Source: a bacterium
GTDB lineage: Bacteria; Patescibacteriota; Patescibacteriia; UBA10025
Direction: 5' to 3'
Length of the DNA: 64,000 nt
Assembly: GCA_021815445.1 (NCBI GenBank)
Contig: JAKAGM010000001.1
Coordinates: forward strand, 467,710-531,709
Part shown: one piece after another, positions 9,616 to 19,481 of the stretch
Layout of the letters: every line of letters starts with the position of its first letter
Numbering within the stretch: position 1 is the stretch's first letter
Position numbers and translations under genes: made by a program
Notes under the pieces: model-generated
The model's input: the letters and a program-made list of their open reading frames with translations, nothing else
What the model was told of the DNA's origin: nothing
Database searches by the model: none

Positions 9616-12081
9616 ATGAGTAAATTCATACTCATGGCGCAAAGACGCCTCAATAAGACCTGGTCAATGACCATAATCGGGGGGATAGTTTTGAGTGTGC
9701 TCATCGGGGGTGTGCTCATCGCAAAGGCCGACATCGGTACTATAACAATTAATGATCCTGTCTTAGTTTCCGGAACCACGTACAAAGTAACCGGCATGTG
9801 GAGCCCACAAGGTAACCAATGCTGGACAAGTGGGGGTGACGGCACTTTCCACTACAAAGTTTATGTTTTCGATGATAAAAACGGCAACGGAAATTACGAT
9901 AGCGGTGAGAAGATTTCTCAAGTTAATCCTGCCGCTTGTAATGAAGATTACACATCAAGCGTTTCAAGCTCAAATCGTGATTTAGGCGGTAATTGGCCCG
10001 CAATCGCATCTTCTAGCAATGGGGGTACTCCCCAACCAGATGCGGCTTTTACCTTGGGCAACGGTAGCCACACAATTTGCGCAGCACTGATACACGTTCA
10101 AGATAACGGCCATGATCGGGTAGATGGTGTGACCTGTGCCAGTAAGCCGATTGTCATAGCCTATTGCGGCGACGGGATCAAGAACAATGGCGAACAATGT
10201 GACGGCACCGACGGAGTTAGTCCACATCAAACCTGTAATGCTGATTGTCATCTTGTCGATGTCCCCTACTGCGGCGACGGCATCGTGAACCAGACGAGTG
10301 AACAGTGTGATCAGGGCCCTGATGGCGGTTCAACATGCACCACTAAGTGCACATGGAAGCCAGCCACTATTACACTTAATAAAGAGGTAAATAACCAGTT
10401 CGGCGGAGATGCTGCTCCAAGTGATTTTACTTTGAAGATTGACGGAGAAGCGGTATCCCAGGGAGTAGCTCATGAAGTTACCCTTGATACGCCTCATTCA
10501 ATTGATGAAGGAAGTCTCACTGACACTGGCTATGCGTTTGACTCGATTAAGGGCGGTGAACAGTGTCCCTCGGAGCTTGGCGGGACTGTAACTCTCTCTG
10601 CTGGAGAGAATATCACCTGCACGATCACAAACCACGACGTCCAGCCGAAACTGACAGTGGTTAAAGAGGTAGTCGGCGGCCCAAAGACTGTTGCTGACTT
10701 TCCGCTGTTTGTTGGAGATATCTCAGTCACGAGCGGCGTCCAGAACGGCTTTAATGCCGGATTTTATCACGTGACCGAAACGAATCAACCCGGGTATACC
10801 GCAGCATTCTCATGCAATGATGACGGGGAAGGAACGGTCAGCCTGAATCTGGGTGATGTCAAAACCTGCACTATCACCAACACATACACCCCGTTTTGCG
10901 GCGACAAGATTGTTGATAAAAGGGAGCAATGCGACGGAAACACCCAAGTTTGCACTACGGCAGACGGCTACAAGGGTACTCAAACCTGCAACATGCCACC
11001 GCCTCCAAATAGTGTAACAGCTGCAGTTGCTACGAATTACTGCACGTGGAATCCTTGTGTGACTACTGAGAAATGCGGTGATGGTATCAAAAACGGCCTT
11101 GAACAGTGCGACGGCACAGACGGAGTCGCTTCCAACCAGACCTGCACCGCGCAGTGCACGCTCAAGGACAATCCTACGCCACTTACGCCGAACCCTGTTA
11201 TCACGCTTGCAAAGATTGACTCTCCGGACCCTGTTGCCGCCGGAGCGAATATCACTTACACCTTGAATTGGACGGTGAGCAACGCGTCGGCGACCAACGT
11301 TGTCCTGACCGACGTGATTCCCGCGAACACGACTTTCGTGTCCGCTTCGACGCCCAGCGCATATGATTCCGGCACGAACAAGGTGACATGGAGCATGGGC
11401 ACGGTTGCCACAGGCAACTACGTGACCACGCTCGTCGTGAAAGTCGCCTCCCCTCTCGCCAACGGCACTAAGATTGATAACACGGCGACCATCGACAGCA
11501 CAGAGACCGACCCGGTGAATGCCGCAGCCCAGACGACGGTCTCGACAGCCCCGATACTGAGCGTCGAAAAGATCGTTGACGTGACGACAGCGAATCCCGG
11601 CCAGACAGTGAACTACACGGTGAAAGTGACCAACAGCGGCACTGACACGGCAAACAACGTCAAACTGACAGATGTGCTCCCGGCCGGCTTTACCGCCAAG
11701 GATGACGGCACAGGGACTGTCATTCACAGCTTCGGCAACATCGCCGCCGGCGAAACAGTGTCCACTTCATTCGCCGTAGTCATCGGCAGCACAGTGACAG
11801 CAGGGACCTATACGAACGTCGTGCAGGTCGTCGGCGACAATCACAGCCAGGTGGCCGCCCAGATAGCGCTCAATGTAGTTGTGCCGCAAGTGCTTGGCGA
11901 AAAGACTGAAGTGACACCCGCCCCGAAACCGAAAGTTTTGGGAGCAACAACGCTCCCGGTCACAGGATCGAACCTGTGGGTATGGGTCATCGCTTCGATG
12001 CTCGTCGCTTCTCTTGTCGGCGTCGGCGTCTACTTTAAGCCGAGAGAGCTTTCCGCAGAGGACAAGAACACTTCCAAATAA
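9616..12081 (+). CDS. surface protein with Myxococcus-type Cys-rich repeats, prealbumin-like and DUF11 domains, LPVTG + TM anchor
   Basis: CGDG...EQCD repeats, DUF11 motifs, LPVTG followed by TM and a charged tail. Confidence 0.88.
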   Translation: MSKFILMAQRRLNKTWSMTIIGGIVLSVLIGGVLIAKADIGTITINDPVLVSGTTYKVTGMWSPQGNQCWTSGGDGTFHYKVYVFDDKNGNGNYDSGEKISQVNPAACNEDYTSSVSSSNRDLGGNWPAIASSSNGGTPQPDAAFTLGNGSHTICAALIHVQDNGHDRVDGVTCASKPIVIAYCGDGIKNNGEQCDGTDGVSPHQTCNADCHLVDVPYCGDGIVNQTSEQCDQGPDGGSTCTTKCTWKPATITLNKEVNNQFGGDAAPSDFTLKIDGEAVSQGVAHEVTLDTPHSIDEGSLTDTGYAFDSIKGGEQCPSELGGTVTLSAGENITCTITNHDVQPKLTVVKEVVGGPKTVADFPLFVGDISVTSGVQNGFNAGFYHVTETNQPGYTAAFSCNDDGEGTVSLNLGDVKTCTITNTYTPFCGDKIVDKREQCDGNTQVCTTADGYKGTQTCNMPPPPNSVTAAVATNYCTWNPCVTTEKCGDGIKNGLEQCDGTDGVASNQTCTAQCTLKDNPTPLTPNPVITLAKIDSPDPVAAGANITYTLNWTVSNASATNVVLTDVIPANTTFVSASTPSAYDSGTNKVTWSMGTVATGNYVTTLVVKVASPLANGTKIDNTATIDSTETDPVNAAAQTTVSTAPILSVEKIVDVTTANPGQTVNYTVKVTNSGTDTANNVKLTDVLPAGFTAKDDGTGTVIHSFGNIAAGETVSTSFAVVIGSTVTAGTYTNVVQVVGDNHSQVAAQIALNVVVPQVLGEKTEVTPAPKPKVLGATTLPVTGSNLWVWVIASMLVASLVGVGVYFKPRELSAEDKNTSK

Positions 12082-12093
12082 CATTGTCTAACG

Positions 12094-12160
12094 CCTTGGC
12101 CGGGTATCCCTACCCGGCCAAGGAAAAAATCCCGGCTCGCGTGTATGAGCCGGGTTTTTT
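12094..12160 (+). terminator. tandem hairpins / intrinsic terminator
   Basis: CCTTGGCCGGGTA-TCCC-TACCCGGCCAAGG, then CCCGGCTC...GAGCCGGG-TTTTTT. Confidence 0.75.
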
Positions 12161-12205
12161 GGTTTCAGTCATTCTGCCCATTTCCTCCCCCTGCTAGTAA
12201 AATCT

Positions 12206-12377
12206 ACCGCCCCGAACTTGATTCGGGGTCCCGCAATATTACATCGGGATGCTAAATTAATCTGCCACTCCGGGCTTGCCTGCCCGCCTCTGGAGGGACC
12301 CGGAGTCCCGATGTAGTGACTGGGATGCTGCCCGCCCCGCTTCGCGGAGCGAGGCCAGGGAGTCAAGCTCAGCATGG
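12206..12377. repeat. two tandem RPE/REP-like palindromic elements, the second with nested inserts
   Basis: CCCCGAACTTGATTCGGGGTCCC..GGGATGCT and CTCCGGGCTTG[ins]ACCCGGAGTCCC..GGGATGCTG[ins]AGTCAAGCTCAGCATG. Confidence 0.6.
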
Positions 12378-12543
12378 GAAGATTTATTAGTCCTCCCTCA
12401 CATCAGAACACGCTTCTTTGCAGATAATAGCCAGGCAAGGAACCGCTCGACAAAGCGTTTTAAATCCCCGAATCGGCCTTGACAAAATGGCTGGGATTTG
12501 ATATCCTAAAACGTTACTACTTTCTGCTATACTACATATTGTT

Positions 12544-14064
12544 ATGGAAGAAAGTCGCCAGCCGCACAAAAGAATACTCCACGGTATTAAGCATGTGCAT
12601 CACCACGTGAAGCGCCATGCGTGGAGGTTATTTATCCCCCACCAGGGCAATAACCACCAGCCGCATGCCCTGCGGCCCAGAGCGCTTAGGGTCTATTCTA
12701 TAGGCCTGATTTTGGTGAAGGTTTTCGTCAGCGGCTTCCTGTTTCTCGTATATCCGTCCTCCGGAGAGTTTGCCTCGATTACCGCTTCGCAGATCCTGAG
12801 CCTGACCAACGCTTCCCGGGCTGAGAACGGCATTGCGTCGCTTTCACTGAATAGCACACTCAACCGTGCCGCCAGCCTCAAGGCGCAGGATATGATAGCG
12901 AATAATTACTTTGCGCACACGAGCCCCCAGGGGGTGAAACCGTGGGATTTCCTGAAACGGGCGGGCTACAGCTATAGCGCCGCGGGCGAGAATCTCGCCA
13001 TGGATTTCACGGAGGCTGAGACTGTCCACACGGCTTTCATGAACAGCCCGTCCCACAGAGAAAACATCCTCAATGGGAAATATACCGAAATGGGCATCGC
13101 AGTAGTTTCAGGAAAAATAGACGGACGCGAGACAACGTTGCTCGTTGAGTTTTTTGGCAAACCCTACCAACAGGCTGCCGCTGTTGCGCAACAGGCAAAA
13201 CCGACGCCAACTCCGACCCCGACTCCAGCTACCCAACCAAAGCCCGCTCCCGCCCCGAAGCCGGCAGCACAGCCGGTGACGTATACGGCGAAGCTTGCGA
13301 GCCAGAGTGCCGCCTCGCTGGCGATAAAAACCAACGAAATAATCCCGGTATGGGTGGAATTTACGAACACGGGAACAGCGACGTGGACGAATTCGGGCGA
13401 GCATTTTATCGCGTTGAACGTCGCAAACCCGCCAGGCAGGGAGAGCGTTTTCAGGAATGACGCATGGAAAGCGCCGTACCGCCCCGGCATCATGGACCAA
13501 ACCCAAGTGAGGCCCGGGCAGAATGCGAGATTCTCTTTCACGCTCCAGGCTCCCGCCCAAGCCGGCACGTATGAAGAAGATTTCGGGCTCGTAGCCGAGA
13601 ACCTCACATGGATCGCGGGAGGGTCCGTCAACATTCCAATCACCGTCGTTGAGGAGCAGAAGCAGGAAACGCCGACCACCGTCGAGGTTGTCGGGCAGGC
13701 TACCCCGCCGCCGCCCGTGGAACAGACCCCGCCTCCTGCAAACACCGCCCAACAGCCGACAAATCTAGCTGTCCCGCCTGCTAATATTGCCGTCGAACAG
13801 CCTAGCCCGGCTCCCGAAACGCAAGTGCTCGGAGAGCAAAGCGGTGATTTCGTCGGATTACTCGTAGAAATTTCAAACAAATTCTTCGTTGTCTTTCTTA
13901 TTTTCATTATCATCGCTCTCCTGCTCAACATCCTGATCAGGATTCGCATTCAACATCCGCATCTGATTTTCCAGACTTCCCTGGTTATCATTCTCGCTGC
14001 CAGCGCCGTATTGTATAAGCCGCACTTCCTTGAGAGCGTGACGCGGGTGCTTACGATCACGTAA
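12544..14064 (+). CDS. CAP/SCP-domain protein with Pro-rich linkers, NBR1-Ig-like domain and C-terminal TM pair
   Basis: YFAHTSP, AGENLA, MNSPSHRENIL; FTNTGTATW Ig motif. Confidence 0.88.
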   Translation: MEESRQPHKRILHGIKHVHHHVKRHAWRLFIPHQGNNHQPHALRPRALRVYSIGLILVKVFVSGFLFLVYPSSGEFASITASQILSLTNASRAENGIASLSLNSTLNRAASLKAQDMIANNYFAHTSPQGVKPWDFLKRAGYSYSAAGENLAMDFTEAETVHTAFMNSPSHRENILNGKYTEMGIAVVSGKIDGRETTLLVEFFGKPYQQAAAVAQQAKPTPTPTPTPATQPKPAPAPKPAAQPVTYTAKLASQSAASLAIKTNEIIPVWVEFTNTGTATWTNSGEHFIALNVANPPGRESVFRNDAWKAPYRPGIMDQTQVRPGQNARFSFTLQAPAQAGTYEEDFGLVAENLTWIAGGSVNIPITVVEEQKQETPTTVEVVGQATPPPPVEQTPPPANTAQQPTNLAVPPANIAVEQPSPAPETQVLGEQSGDFVGLLVEISNKFFVVFLIFIIIALLLNILIRIRIQHPHLIFQTSLVIILAASAVLYKPHFLESVTRVLTIT

Positions 14065-14265
14065 AAATCCCTACTTTGGCGGTGAGCAGGTTTCAAAGCT
14101 TGCGCCATCAAGCGTAACTTATCCACAGGGATGTCTGCTGTGCTGTGTAATAAGCGCATTTTTGTGCGTGGAGTAATTTCTTGACTCCTTGACCCCGCTA
14201 TCCCTTCTGCCGTAAGATGAAGTAACGTCTTTTTTTAATGAAATAAGGTGTATATACCCTCTTAA

Positions 14266-15309
14266 ATGTCTATGAAACTTTTTTCCGCTCGAACACCAGG
14301 AATTGTGATAGCCGCTGTCGGCGTAATCCTGCTTTCTAGCGCCCTCCTGGTTGCTCATCCGGCATACGGCTTTGAAGCGCCTGTCATTACCTCCGTACCC
14401 CCGGCAAATGCCGTGACAACTGATGGTACGTACGTTTACCAGGCACAAGTCCAAACGGCCGGCCCGCAGACAGACCTGTCATACTCGTTGGCGCATCAAC
14501 CCGAGGGAATGACTGTCGACGCGCAGGGAAAAATCACCTGGCAACCTCGCACCCCCGGCGACTACCGCATCGTCCTCGATGTCGCCGACTCTCTCGGCAA
14601 CGCGTCCCAGCCGTTCAGGGTCACTGTCGTACTGGGAGCGCCGGTTAAAATTGCCATTGAACCTAACAACCAGCCGACACCCGTCAAAACGGGCGCCACG
14701 GTCCAATTCATCGCAAAGGCATTTGATGCAAAAGGAAATTCGGCCTCTGTGGATAAAGCCGTGTGGTCAACTGACGGAAGTATAGGTTCCATCTCACCCG
14801 ACGGCCTGTTTTCGGCGCAAAAGAAAGGCGCCGGTCATGTGACGGCCAGAGTGGGGACTATTACATCAACAATAGCTGTCTCGGTAACCGGTTCACAGGT
14901 AAAGTCTCCCGCCCCACAAGGAAAGGTTCTCGGGACATCTACAGAACCGGGCGACCAGAATACAAACGCGAACTCCGAGCCTCAAACGGGTGATACGCTT
15001 CAAGCGGCCCCGCAATCACAAGCGCAGGCTAATCCGCAAGCTTCCTGCACGAATTGGCGACAGTGGATTATTATTGCGATGCTCATTGTATACGCGCTTG
15101 CGTTGATCCTCTACTACAAGTATATGGCGAAGCGTTCAAACTCATTGTGGTGGCTTTTCCCGACATTATTGACGGTAATCGGGCTTATCATCTACTCGCG
15201 CTATATGTGCGTGGGGACGTACGTCTGGTGGCCCTGGGTGCTGCTTCTGCTCGGTATCGTCATTACGTTCATCTCCAGTCCGCATCGCGCGCCGGCAAAC
15301 CCGGCGTGA
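14266..15309 (+). CDS. membrane-anchored Ig-like (He_PIG/Big_2) domain protein with 3 C-terminal TM helices
   Basis: PEGMTVD..GKITWQP, WST..IGSISPDGLF, hydrophobic C-terminus. Confidence 0.8.
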   Translation: MSMKLFSARTPGIVIAAVGVILLSSALLVAHPAYGFEAPVITSVPPANAVTTDGTYVYQAQVQTAGPQTDLSYSLAHQPEGMTVDAQGKITWQPRTPGDYRIVLDVADSLGNASQPFRVTVVLGAPVKIAIEPNNQPTPVKTGATVQFIAKAFDAKGNSASVDKAVWSTDGSIGSISPDGLFSAQKKGAGHVTARVGTITSTIAVSVTGSQVKSPAPQGKVLGTSTEPGDQNTNANSEPQTGDTLQAAPQSQAQANPQASCTNWRQWIIIAMLIVYALALILYYKYMAKRSNSLWWLFPTLLTVIGLIIYSRYMCVGTYVWWPWVLLLLGIVITFISSPHRAPANPA

Positions 15310-15509
15310 AGGGAGCCATAACAATTACTTACACGACAGTGGACTCGCATCAGGGTTCACTGTTTTGGATATACTGCCATGGCATCTGTACAAGTCCGTC
15401 AGAACAGGGTATACTGGGCGGGCGACATCGTGCAAATGTATTCGTTTGTGGCCGAGTAGCCGCCCATGCATGTGCCGGTGGCTAACAGAGTAATTTGGCA
15501 AAATAACCC

Positions 15510-15950
15510 ATGACATTCTCATCACTCGAAATACTCATCGTGCCTCTCGTAGCCGGTTTTCTCGCCCAGGCCATTAAGCTGTTGACGGACGGCATCAAGG
15601 GCAACTTTGACTTTAAACACCTGTGGGCGAGCTACGGCGGGATGCCCTCATCTCATGCCGCTTTTGTCGTCGCGCTGGTAACTGAGGTTTGGTTCAGAGA
15701 AGGCATCGGTTCGTCTTCCTTTGCGATTGCGACAATCTTTGCCCTGCTTGTCATGCGTGACGCGCTCGGACTCCGCATGCACTTAGGGCACCAGGGAAAA
15801 GCTATTAATGAACTCATAACAAAATACTATCCTGAAGCCAAGGATGCCATCCCGCCGCTTGAGGAAAGATTAGGCCACACTCCCGCGCAAATCGCTGTCG
15901 GCGCCCTCCTCGGACTCTGTGTTGCATTCACGATTCATTACATCCTCTAG
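15510..15950 (+). CDS. divergent PAP2 family protein (DUF212)
   Basis: GGMPSSH, VMRDA.GLR, LGHTP. Confidence 0.9.
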   Translation: MTFSSLEILIVPLVAGFLAQAIKLLTDGIKGNFDFKHLWASYGGMPSSHAAFVVALVTEVWFREGIGSSSFAIATIFALLVMRDALGLRMHLGHQGKAINELITKYYPEAKDAIPPLEERLGHTPAQIAVGALLGLCVAFTIHYIL

Positions 15951-15973
15951 GCCTCCATACCTTTTCAACATTT

Positions 15974-16003
15974 AAAACGTCTTGGATTTTTCCGGGACGT
16001 TTT
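15974..16003. terminator. bidirectional terminator between convergent genes
   Basis: AAAACGTC..GACGTTTT hairpin. Confidence 0.6.
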
Positions 16004-16011
16004 TGTTTCTA

Positions 16012-16464
16012 TCAGAGCTGCAGTTCCTTGCGCAGTATATTGCGGTAGATGTCCCTGCGGCTGACGAGACCGATAATGCGATTGTCCGGATCTACGACGA
16101 TAGCGCGGTGAATTCTTTTGACGAGAAGCAATGATCCGACACGCATGATGGACATGTCAGGATCGACAGTCACGACCTTTTTGGTCATGATTTTTTCGAC
16201 GGTAATATCGGCGTGCTGGGAAGCGGCTCGTTCGAGCTTATTGAAGTCAGTCCACAACTCAGGATTATTGTTAAACTCCTCATGTGTGGGAAAAAGGGCT
16301 CGAAAAATGTCCTTCTCGGAGATGATGCCCACGAGTTTCCCCGCATCGTCCACTACAGGGGCTCCGGAAATAACCTTGCTGGTAAGCAGCTGGGCGGCCG
16401 TCCGTAAAGTATCGCTCTGTTTGAGCGAAAAAACGTTCTCTGCCATGACATCGCGTACGTTCAT
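16012..16464 (-). CDS. CBS-domain pair protein
   Basis: VRDVM, GAPVVD..GKLVGIISEKDI, VEKIMT. Confidence 0.9.
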   Translation of the reverse strand: MNVRDVMAENVFSLKQSDTLRTAAQLLTSKVISGAPVVDDAGKLVGIISEKDIFRALFPTHEEFNNNPELWTDFNKLERAASQHADITVEKIMTKKVVTVDPDMSIMRVGSLLLVKRIHRAIVVDPDNRIIGLVSRRDIYRNILRKELQL

Positions 16465-16467
16465 AAG

Positions 16468-17553
16468 CTAACTTCGAAATTTTTCTTGTAAAGTCATTTT
16501 TGGTACCAGGATTTTCTCGACCTTTGTCTTCACCTTTTTCTTGGGCGCCACAAAAGCAATAATGATAAAGAGTAAGCCGACGCCGATGATGATGATTCCT
16601 TTTGTCCGGAGCGAAGAAAAGAAATACGAAAGAAAATCTTTTGCAAGCGCATCAACGAGCGTCTGGATGGATCCTGTCATATTCGAATTCGCAAGGGCGT
16701 TCGAAAGCATCGCTGTAGCGCGCGGTATAACGATAAAGGGTGCTCCGACCAGTATAGCACCGACAAGGAAAAGCGGGAATCCGACCCAGCCAAAAAATGA
16801 CTTTGCGCTCGTCATTGTAAGCGCACCAATGAGGAGAAGTATCATGAGAAGGACGACGAACAGAGTTTTAAGCGCTTCGATACCCTGCGAGATCCGATCG
16901 CGAGCTCTGTTCATCTGCGAAAAAGTGCGGTCAGCGCTGGAGATTCCCTGATGATCATTCTGGGATGAGATCAGCTCCTGGAGGGTCAAAGCATCGGGTA
17001 TCTGATCAATGAACGTGGCTATATGCATATCTTTCAATGCGTTATCGACAGAAACGCCCGGAGGTAGGCACACATCCCGGGTCACAAGCAACGACTGGTC
17101 TCCGGACGCCAGCTCCGCCGGTGTGCAGACAGGCAGGGCATTGAGGCGGGATTGCACTTCGGTCGTAAGAATACCCGTTGTTCTTTCCTTGATATCGCCT
17201 AAAGGTATGACGATATTGACGGTGCGAATATCCTGTTTTGAGCCGAGCCAGGCAAAGAACGTGTCAATAGTCGATTCGGTTTGTGTCTGGAGCCACGCCG
17301 AAGTGATGATGCTTTTTACTATTCTGACCATATCATCACTCGAGAAAAAAGGTATATCATTAACAAGCGAGGTATTCTTTTTCAGCTCATCAAGTGCGAT
17401 GGTAATCGACTCATCGTAGACCTTGTGGTCTCTCAACTTTTGCTTAAGAATATCAGGATTGAGAAGAGTTGACTTAACGCTCTGCAGCGCGAGTGCGGCA
17501 GGAGTCACTATGACAAAGACGAGGATTAAAATAATGGCCAGAAATCTTCTCAT
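16468..17553 (-). CDS. membrane protein of unknown function
   Basis: N-terminal TM plus three C-terminal TM segments. Confidence 0.75.
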   Translation of the reverse strand: MRRFLAIILILVFVIVTPAALALQSVKSTLLNPDILKQKLRDHKVYDESITIALDELKKNTSLVNDIPFFSSDDMVRIVKSIITSAWLQTQTESTIDTFFAWLGSKQDIRTVNIVIPLGDIKERTTGILTTEVQSRLNALPVCTPAELASGDQSLLVTRDVCLPPGVSVDNALKDMHIATFIDQIPDALTLQELISSQNDHQGISSADRTFSQMNRARDRISQGIEALKTLFVVLLMILLLIGALTMTSAKSFFGWVGFPLFLVGAILVGAPFIVIPRATAMLSNALANSNMTGSIQTLVDALAKDFLSYFFSSLRTKGIIIIGVGLLFIIIAFVAPKKKVKTKVEKILVPKMTLQEKFRS

Positions 17554-17575
17554 AAAATCACGTGCTCAGGAATAA

Positions 17576-17791
17576 TCAAAAGGGCTTAATAGGCAGCCCG
17601 GGATCCCGGGGATTATCGCCATGCGCGCGCGGATGCGCATGCCAAGGCCGCTTAGTATGCGTGTTCATAAAGTAGATGATTCCCCATAGTCCTACGCCGA
17701 TGAGCAGAGGAAAGCCGATGCTATGGGCATCGGTAAAAAATGAAATGATGTTTTGTACCAACTGCATAGAGACCCTTGGAATATTAGTCAA
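17576..17791 (-). CDS. small membrane protein
   Basis: Single TM, tight operon packing. Confidence 0.5.
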   Translation of the reverse strand: MTNIPRVSMQLVQNIISFFTDAHSIGFPLLIGVGLWGIIYFMNTHTKRPWHAHPRAHGDNPRDPGLPIKPF

Positions 17792-18356
17792 TTATGAACG
17801 GAAGTTCCTTGAGAACCTGCCCGTTGACGACCATTGACACAGTATATGACCCCTTTTTCCCAGGGCTTGATAATCCGATTTCGCCGTCGACTATTTCGAT
17901 TCCCTGCTGATCCTTCAGTAAAGCAGAACCTTTGTATATTTGAACCCCGAGTCTATCTTTCGTCTGCAGTCCTTTTTTTACCTGGACAACCAAAACGATA
18001 TTATCGTTCACCTGAAATTTCTCCTGCACGGGAGAACGCGGCTTGCCGGTGAATTTGGCCATATACGCCGAATGAAAGTAATCGGAAAATGAAGGTGCAG
18101 CTTGGGAGACTTGGTTTGTCGAGCCGGCAGGAAGTTCGCCGTCATTTGTTTGTGGTGCGACAACCGTATTCGCATCGGGGAGATTGCTGTCGGCTGTGAC
18201 AGCTTGATTGGCAGCGGGCTGATTCTTTTCTACGCTCGTCCCTTCCACTCTGCCGCGGATGATTGAACTATCCGTTGTACGAACGGCAAAAAACCAAGCG
18301 CCAAGAGCGCCTACTATGAGCAGCGATCCTCCAATCCAAATAGGTTTTCGTACCAT
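17784..18356 (-). CDS. N-terminally anchored hypothetical protein
   Basis: Likely start MVRKPIWIGG just after the Fpg stop; TM, linker, beta domain. Confidence 0.6.
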   Translation of the reverse strand: MVRKPIWIGGSLLIVGALGAWFFAVRTTDSSIIRGRVEGTSVEKNQPAANQAVTADSNLPDANTVVAPQTNDGELPAGSTNQVSQAAPSFSDYFHSAYMAKFTGKPRSPVQEKFQVNDNIVLVVQVKKGLQTKDRLGVQIYKGSALLKDQQGIEIVDGEIGLSSPGKKGSYTVSMVVNGQVLKELPFIID

Positions 18357-18366
18357 AGAGATCAGG

Positions 18367-19170
18367 TTATGTTTGGCATGTTGTGCAAAAATACGTGCCC
18401 CTGCCACCGAGCAATTGGAATTGTACAGGACTCTGGCACCGCGGGCAAGCTGCGTTTTTACGGCCATGGATGGCTAAAAAATCCCGAATCTCACCCGTAA
18501 AACCGCCTTGGATTCCGCGACGAATTTCGTTCATCGCCCGCTTAAGAATTTGCTGGATAGCTGCATGCAACTTTTGTATTTCACCTGCCGTAAGGCTAGA
18601 AGGGATTCGGAGAGGGAGTATGCCCGCTTCCCAAAGAATCTCATCCGAGAATGCGTTCCCTATTCCCCCGATATACCGCTGGTTCATCAGCAAAGTTTTG
18701 ATGTTCGCGCGTTTTTGGCGGGAAACCAGCTCGTGAAGTTTTTGAACGGTAAAATCAGGCCAAAGAGGATCTATGCCTGATGACGCCCACGGAGGAGCCT
18801 TTGGAGAGTCGACTAAGGCAACCTTCATCCACTGCGTCCTATCGCACACGGCGAGCGCGCGCTTGTCTTGGAAATGAATCGTGACGCACGCATACCTCGG
18901 TGTCTCCCCGCCTGCGGCCACCGGATAGATCTCCCCGTGGAGCATCAAATGGATCCAGAGGAAGGAGCCGTTGCTGAAAGAAAAAACCAGCTGTTTTCCC
19001 CTCCGTTGTACGGAAAGTAGTGTATTGCCCCTGAGTGCCTTTTGGAACGCTTCGGCTGATGCTGCCCCCAGCGGTTTGGGAGCGGACACATATACGGATA
19101 GAATTGTTGCGTTTTTATATGACGCGGTGAGATTTTCTGCAAATACGGTAAGATCGGGCAACTCTGGCAT
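18367..19170 (-). CDS. mutM: Fpg/Nei family DNA glycosylase
   Basis: N-terminal PELPD, RRGK, H2TH GIGNAFSDE, C-terminal CPRC..CTTCQ zinc finger. Confidence 0.88.
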   Translation of the reverse strand: MPELPDLTVFAENLTASYKNATILSVYVSAPKPLGAASAEAFQKALRGNTLLSVQRRGKQLVFSFSNGSFLWIHLMLHGEIYPVAAGGETPRYACVTIHFQDKRALAVCDRTQWMKVALVDSPKAPPWASSGIDPLWPDFTVQKLHELVSRQKRANIKTLLMNQRYIGGIGNAFSDEILWEAGILPLRIPSSLTAGEIQKLHAAIQQILKRAMNEIRRGIQGGFTGEIRDFLAIHGRKNAACPRCQSPVQFQLLGGRGTYFCTTCQT

Positions 19171-19178
19171 AAAGTGTT

Positions 19179-19457
19179 TTATGCTTTGGTGCGTCGAATG
19201 CCCCGCTTCTTGAGCTCCCGCTCAATATCGTGGGCGATTCTATTGCCTATCCCCTCGACTTTTTGCATCCCGGCTATCCAGGAGCGGACATACATGTCGG
19301 CAAGCGATTCATCAAGTTTCTCGATAGCTTCAGCGGCTTGTTCATACGCCCGCGCCCGAAAGAAATATTTTTCACCTGTTTTTGCGCGTAGCACATCCGC
19401 TTTCATTATAAAAATTTGCGCAATCTCATGATTCAGCGCGATGGTCGTCTTGGGCAT
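19179..19457 (-). CDS. stand-alone PolX/Pol-beta N-terminal helix-hairpin-helix (8-kDa) domain protein
   Basis: NHEIAQIF...FRARAYEQAA..I...GIGNRIA..I. Confidence 0.75.
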   Translation of the reverse strand: MPKTTIALNHEIAQIFIMKADVLRAKTGEKYFFRARAYEQAAEAIEKLDESLADMYVRSWIAGMQKVEGIGNRIAHDIERELKKRGIRRTKA

Positions 19458-19481
19458 ACAGTCTCGTATCTACGAGTGAAA

